A stretch of 64,000 nt of DNA from Clostridia bacterium (GTDB lineage Bacteria > Bacillota > Clostridia > TANB77 > CAG-508), in assembly GCA_045643205.1 (NCBI GenBank), contig JAZUKI010000010.1, positions 32,001 to 96,000 of the forward strand, in the 5' to 3' direction. Both the position numbers and the translations under genes were made by a program. Below the pieces are notes generated by a model. The model was not told the origin of the DNA and did not search any database. It saw nothing but the letters and a program-made list of their open reading frames with translations. Below, piece by piece: positions 59,333 to 64,000 of the stretch (the first letter of the stretch is position 1; each line of letters begins with the position of its first letter).

Positions 59333-60556
59333 ATGAAATCAGCAGAAACCAATAAATTAGGTACAGAATTAGAACTTTTTACTTCAGTTGATTATATAGG
59401 AAAAGGTTTTCCTATAATGCTTCCTAGAGGTGCACGTTTAATCAAAAATTTGCGTAACTACATTGAGTATTTGGAAGAAAGATATGGATATAAAATAGTT
59501 AGAACACCTAATGTTTCTAATTCCATCATTTATAAGATGGAAGATAGATTTGATGATACTAACAAAGAAGAAATGTTCATAATAGATAATGATCCTGAAA
59601 ATCTTAGCGATGATGAAAATGACTTTGTGTTAAGACCTAGAATTGAGCCATTTCATTGTGCTGTTTTTGGCATAAAGAAACATAGTTACAGAGAGCTTCC
59701 AGTAAAATTATGTGAAACTTCTACTGTATATAGAAATGAAAAAGATTTAAAAGGATTAAACATAGTAAGACAATTCACAATGTCTGATGCAAGTGTTTTT
59801 TGCGAACCAGAAAATGTAGAAAAAGAAATATACAATGGATTAAGATTTCAAAAAGCATTAATTGAAAAAATGCAATTAGATAATATTACATATGAAATAA
59901 ATACTTGGAATATTTCTAAAAAAGAAGACTACATTGGAACAATAGCAGAATGGGAAGATGTTACTAATGCAATGAAAAAGGCATTAGAAGATTTAGGATT
60001 ACCATATACAGTAAACAATCAAGCAAAAATATACGGACCGATAATTAGAGTAAAACAAGATGGAATTAACTTTTCAAAAATACAAATTGATTTTGAAATC
60101 ACCCATAGATTTGATTTGGCATATACCAATATTGATAATGAAGAAAAAACACCGATATATATTCATAATACATTAATTGGAAGTTACGAAAATTTATTAG
60201 GAATATTAATAAGCAAATATCATGGTAACATACCTCTTTGGATAGAACCACATCAAGTAGTTATTATTACAGATGGAGCAAATGTTAAAGAGTTTGCAGA
60301 ACAATCAAGAAGAGAATTTGTTGCTAATGGAATTAGAGTTGAAGTTGATGATGTAAATATAAGTGTTCAAAAAAGAATTGATCATAACAATGAAATAAAA
60401 ATTCCATATGTTTTAGTAGCTAAAAAAGACGGATTAAATAGAAATCAATTGTATTTATGCAGTGAAGGAAAACAAATACCAATTGATGTTAAAGAATTAA
60501 TAAACAAAATTAACGATAGATTAGCAGAAGAGGGATATGTAAGAGATACTGAATAA
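59333..60556 (+). CDS. Threonyl-tRNA synthetase-like protein (core + anticodon domain only, degenerate active site)
   Basis: KLG.ELELF, LP.GA, TP, HSYRELP, YRNE, YGP, IQIDF...RFDL.Y, P.WIEP.Q, IPY are collinear with ThrRS; ATG 59333 after GAAAGGA. Confidence 0.88.
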   Translation: MKSAETNKLGTELELFTSVDYIGKGFPIMLPRGARLIKNLRNYIEYLEERYGYKIVRTPNVSNSIIYKMEDRFDDTNKEEMFIIDNDPENLSDDENDFVLRPRIEPFHCAVFGIKKHSYRELPVKLCETSTVYRNEKDLKGLNIVRQFTMSDASVFCEPENVEKEIYNGLRFQKALIEKMQLDNITYEINTWNISKKEDYIGTIAEWEDVTNAMKKALEDLGLPYTVNNQAKIYGPIIRVKQDGINFSKIQIDFEITHRFDLAYTNIDNEEKTPIYIHNTLIGSYENLLGILISKYHGNIPLWIEPHQVVIITDGANVKEFAEQSRREFVANGIRVEVDDVNISVQKRIDHNNEIKIPYVLVAKKDGLNRNQLYLCSEGKQIPIDVKELINKINDRLAEEGYVRDTE

Positions 60557-60575
60557 AAAACAGGAGGATAATAAA

Positions 60576-62762
60576 TTGCCTAAAACAATTTTAGAATACA
60601 TTGGATTAAAATTAACCAGATTATCTACAAAGCTAAAAAGCGTAAAGCCAGACTATAAGCCATATAGCTCTGGAGATAATGTTGGAAAATATAAAGTATA
60701 TAAGAAAGTAAATATTAAGAAACTACAAGTATTAATTAGTGATACTGATAGAACTACTGATATTACTGAAAGATTCAAAGAAGCTTTACCATTACAAGAA
60801 TATATAAAAATGGATAAAGAAGCCTTTGAAAAATGGATCAATGGTGTAACACAAAAAGATATTAAGGAAATTGAAAAACAACAAGAACTATTTGAAAAGA
60901 AAATTCCATATTTTGTAAAATATGATAAAAACTATTTATGGCAAATTTTCTATTCAAAAGAAGATGATAAATATTTTATGCTAGTTCCAGCCAAAGAAAC
61001 TGAAAATCAAACATTAGCATATGTAATAAAGAAGAAATTGGAAGATGATAAAACTGATATATTCGTTCCAATTTGCAAAGAGGAAGTTAGCGATACTTAT
61101 TATTCAGGAAAAGAAATCGAAGATATTATTACATATATAAAATTATTTACAAATCAATGGCCTGAAATAGTTGAGGTTCAAGAAGATAAAGAAAACACAT
61201 TATATATAATGGGTGAAACAAAGCTTAGAGATAATTTTTCAACTAAGTATAGAACAGTGATAAAAAGTATAGATGAAGCTAAAAACTTTTATACAGTATT
61301 AAAGGCACTTTATGTTTTAGCAACAGAAACAAATTATCAATATAAGTTTGATCCAGGTATCGATGAAGAAGGAAACTTTACACTTTCTTATGATAAAAAA
61401 GTAATTAACATTAAGAATATTCAAGAATTTATTTCTAATGAAACAGGAAGACAACAAGGATTAAAATATTCATTAAAAAATGAAATACAACAAAGCAAAG
61501 AAAAGATTAGTAAGATAAACGAAATTCTAAAAAAACAAAGTGAAGTATATGTAAAACAAGAAAAACAAATCTTTGAATTTATGAATTGTAAGAAGAGTGT
61601 TATTAAAAGAGTTAAATATTTCTTTAGTAACAACAAAAAAGTTATAGCTGAAAATAAAAATTTACTTACAAGATTAAATGAAGAAAAAAATGTTTCAGTA
61701 AAAGAAATAAAAGAAAAAGAAATAAATGTAGATAAACAAGATTACTCAAAATTTGTTGATATATTTACAGTTGCAGATTTAGTAAAAAATTCAGTAGAAG
61801 TTAAGAAAATTTCAGCTGAAGCTAAAAATCTGGAAGCGGATGTCAAAGTTTTATTGTTAAAGCAAGAAAATATGACTAGAAAAACAGACAATGCTCAAAA
61901 ATATCTTGATGAAATTCAAAAGCATAAGAGAAACTTATTTGATTTCTGGAGATTTACAAACAAAGATAATGCAAATGAATTAGCAGAAGGTCAAGCACAA
62001 GGTGAAAATATTAAACAACGTCCTATATTCAATTATGATGAAGATAAAGATGACCTTGGATTAGATGTCGATTCACTACAAAGACAAAAATTAAGTGATG
62101 AAGAATGCAATGCTGTATATTTAAGCAGATATATATTACCAGCTCTTAATGCGATTGTTACAAAGAGTGATACATATTTAATTGATGAATGTTATGATTC
62201 ATTAAAAGAAAATCTTAAAAATAGCGACCAACGCGAATCTATTTTCGGTGGTATGGGCGATGAAACAGATAACATTAAAAAAATAAAATTCAAACAACAT
62301 AGAGAAAATTCTCGTGAATTGTATTCTATTTTAAAGTTTAATAATGATACAACATTAGAAGATTTCAAAGAAACTTGTAGAAATTATGGTAGATTACTAA
62401 ATGAAGCATATAACAAAATTAGTTGCAAATATGATATGGAAATCTATTATGATAAGAGAAACAAAGGATTTATTAAAGCTACAATTAATCCTTATGAATT
62501 AGTTGAAGATGAAGAGAATGAAAAGATTTATAAAGCAAAAATATCTGCTGAAAATCATATATTATTTTTCAGTAATATCATAATGTATAACAATATTAGT
62601 AGAACATTACCTGTTGGAATGGATGAGACAAATGAAGTTTTACTAAAGGTTGGAGATATAAAGGAGATTAATAAGGATAAGATTAATATAATTGTAGAAA
62701 AAGATTTGTTTAATGTAGACATAAGAAAAGTTACATTAATTGAAGAAGCAAAGAGACAATAA
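60576..62762 (+). CDS. Large hypothetical protein with central coiled coil (728 aa)
   Basis: TTG start after SD AGGAGG; no TM; heptad-like segments. Confidence 0.78.
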   Translation: MPKTILEYIGLKLTRLSTKLKSVKPDYKPYSSGDNVGKYKVYKKVNIKKLQVLISDTDRTTDITERFKEALPLQEYIKMDKEAFEKWINGVTQKDIKEIEKQQELFEKKIPYFVKYDKNYLWQIFYSKEDDKYFMLVPAKETENQTLAYVIKKKLEDDKTDIFVPICKEEVSDTYYSGKEIEDIITYIKLFTNQWPEIVEVQEDKENTLYIMGETKLRDNFSTKYRTVIKSIDEAKNFYTVLKALYVLATETNYQYKFDPGIDEEGNFTLSYDKKVINIKNIQEFISNETGRQQGLKYSLKNEIQQSKEKISKINEILKKQSEVYVKQEKQIFEFMNCKKSVIKRVKYFFSNNKKVIAENKNLLTRLNEEKNVSVKEIKEKEINVDKQDYSKFVDIFTVADLVKNSVEVKKISAEAKNLEADVKVLLLKQENMTRKTDNAQKYLDEIQKHKRNLFDFWRFTNKDNANELAEGQAQGENIKQRPIFNYDEDKDDLGLDVDSLQRQKLSDEECNAVYLSRYILPALNAIVTKSDTYLIDECYDSLKENLKNSDQRESIFGGMGDETDNIKKIKFKQHRENSRELYSILKFNNDTTLEDFKETCRNYGRLLNEAYNKISCKYDMEIYYDKRNKGFIKATINPYELVEDEENEKIYKAKISAENHILFFSNIIMYNNISRTLPVGMDETNEVLLKVGDIKEINKDKINIIVEKDLFNVDIRKVTLIEEAKRQ

Positions 62763-62826
62763 GTAAAAAATGTGTTATAATACTCGAAGCTTTATATAAT
62801 AAGCAATCAAAAAGGAGAAATACCCA

Positions 62827-64000
62827 ATGAATTACGAAGAACTATTAAAAGATAACAAGCAAGAGCATTTATTAGAATATATAAAGTATCTTGATGAAAA
62901 AGACAAAACAAAAAAGGACACACTTATAAAACAAATTGAAAACATAAATTACAAGCAAATTGAAAAATTGTATGGAACAACATTAGAAATGATGAATCCA
63001 GAAAAAGTTTTAAAAACTGCAATGGTTGAACATTTACCTTTTACCAATAGAGCAAAATTAACAACTAAAGAATACAAAAAAATTTATGCTGTAGGAAAAG
63101 AAATTATTCAAAGTAATCAACTCGCAGTAGTAACAATGGCTGGAGGCCAAGGAACAAGACTTGGACATAATGGACCAAAAGGAACATTTTTATTAAATGT
63201 AAAACCAGAACCTAAATCATTATTTCAAATAATAGTAGAAGATTTACTTCATGCAAAAGAAGAATATGGAGTTTATATAAACTGGTACATTATGACTTCA
63301 AACGAAAATAATAAAATGACAAAGAATTTTCTTGAAGAACATAACTATTTTGGATATCCAGCAGAAAATATAAAAATATTTATCCAAGGCGATTTACCTT
63401 TATTAGATGAACAAGGAAAATTAATCGTTAATAGTGATTATGAAATTAAGGTTGCTTCAGATGGAAATGGTTGTATTTATAAGGCTATTGCTGATGAAGG
63501 AATACTTGATGATATGAAAGCTAAAGGCATAAAATGGATATTTGTCGGAGGCGTTGATAATGCATTAGTTAAAAATGTAGATCCAATATTAATAGGATTA
63601 ACTAAAATTGAAGGAAATCAAATTGGATCAAAATCAATTGCAAAAGCTTATCCACAAGAAAGAGTTGGAGTTTTTTGTAAAAAGAATGGTTATCCAGCAG
63701 TAATTGAATACTCTGAAATACCTGAAGAAATGGCTGAAGAAGTAGATGAAGAGGGAGATTTATTATTTGGAGAAGCCAATATAATCAACCACATATACAC
63801 AATTGAAGCTATTGAAAAAATTTCAAAAGAAGAATTGCCTTATCATAGTGCACACAAAAAAGCTGACATGACTATGGTTGATGGAACAGTAGTTAAAGCT
63901 ACAGAGCCTAATGCATATAAATATGAATCATTTATTTTTGATGGATTCAAATACTTCAATAATATGACTCTTTTAAGAGGTGTTAGAGAAAACGAATTTG
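62827..64000 (+). CDS. UDPGP-family nucleotidyltransferase (UAP1-like UDP-N-acetylhexosamine/UDP-glucose pyrophosphorylase), 3'-partial
   Basis: Not in the ORF track because it runs off the window. Translation MNYEELLKDNKQEHLL...MAGGQGTRLG..GPKG...WYIMTS...SDGNG...VDN...EYSE...KYESFIFD; SD AAGGAG. Confidence 0.9.
   Translation, partial: MNYEELLKDNKQEHLLEYIKYLDEKDKTKKDTLIKQIENINYKQIEKLYGTTLEMMNPEKVLKTAMVEHLPFTNRAKLTTKEYKKIYAVGKEIIQSNQLAVVTMAGGQGTRLGHNGPKGTFLLNVKPEPKSLFQIIVEDLLHAKEEYGVYINWYIMTSNENNKMTKNFLEEHNYFGYPAENIKIFIQGDLPLLDEQGKLIVNSDYEIKVASDGNGCIYKAIADEGILDDMKAKGIKWIFVGGVDNALVKNVDPILIGLTKIEGNQIGSKSIAKAYPQERVGVFCKKNGYPAVIEYSEIPEEMAEEVDEEGDLLFGEANIINHIYTIEAIEKISKEELPYHSAHKKADMTMVDGTVVKATEPNAYKYESFIFDGFKYFNNMTLLRGVRENEF

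Overview
Very AT-rich chromosomal window from a low-GC Bacillota (Clostridia-like) genome; the lineage is inferred from gene content, not from a search. About 50 CDS, nearly all on the + strand. Housekeeping content: holA, rluD-type, ftsEX with two M23 hydrolases and a CtpA-type protease, rsmE, rpoZ, PBP1A, cysS, ftsH, rplU-rpmA, glycogen debranching enzyme, glgP, pyk, ppaC, a trimeric electron-bifurcating [FeFe]-hydrogenase, rnhA, tmcAL and xerD. There are five tRNA genes and several orphan ORFs. I found no prophage, CRISPR array or intact transposase. Most notable: (1) a stand-alone tRNA gene with its own promoter and terminator that has an Arg anticodon (CCG) on a tRNA-Gly-like body (no A20, U73), in a window where I could find only one in-frame CGG codon, making it a candidate CGG sense-codon reassignment; (2) a ThrRS-like protein that has lost Zn ligands, the motif-3 Arg and the editing domains; (3) a tRNA-Gly with C33; (4) L27 without the Firmicute N-terminal extension and no prp gene between rplU and rpmA; (5) further apparent pseudoenzymes (HD-GYP-like, ProA-like, DprA, XerD R->K); (6) a recurring short palindrome inside four terminator loops. 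All comparisons were made by eye and from memory of the protein and RNA families; none was run computationally.
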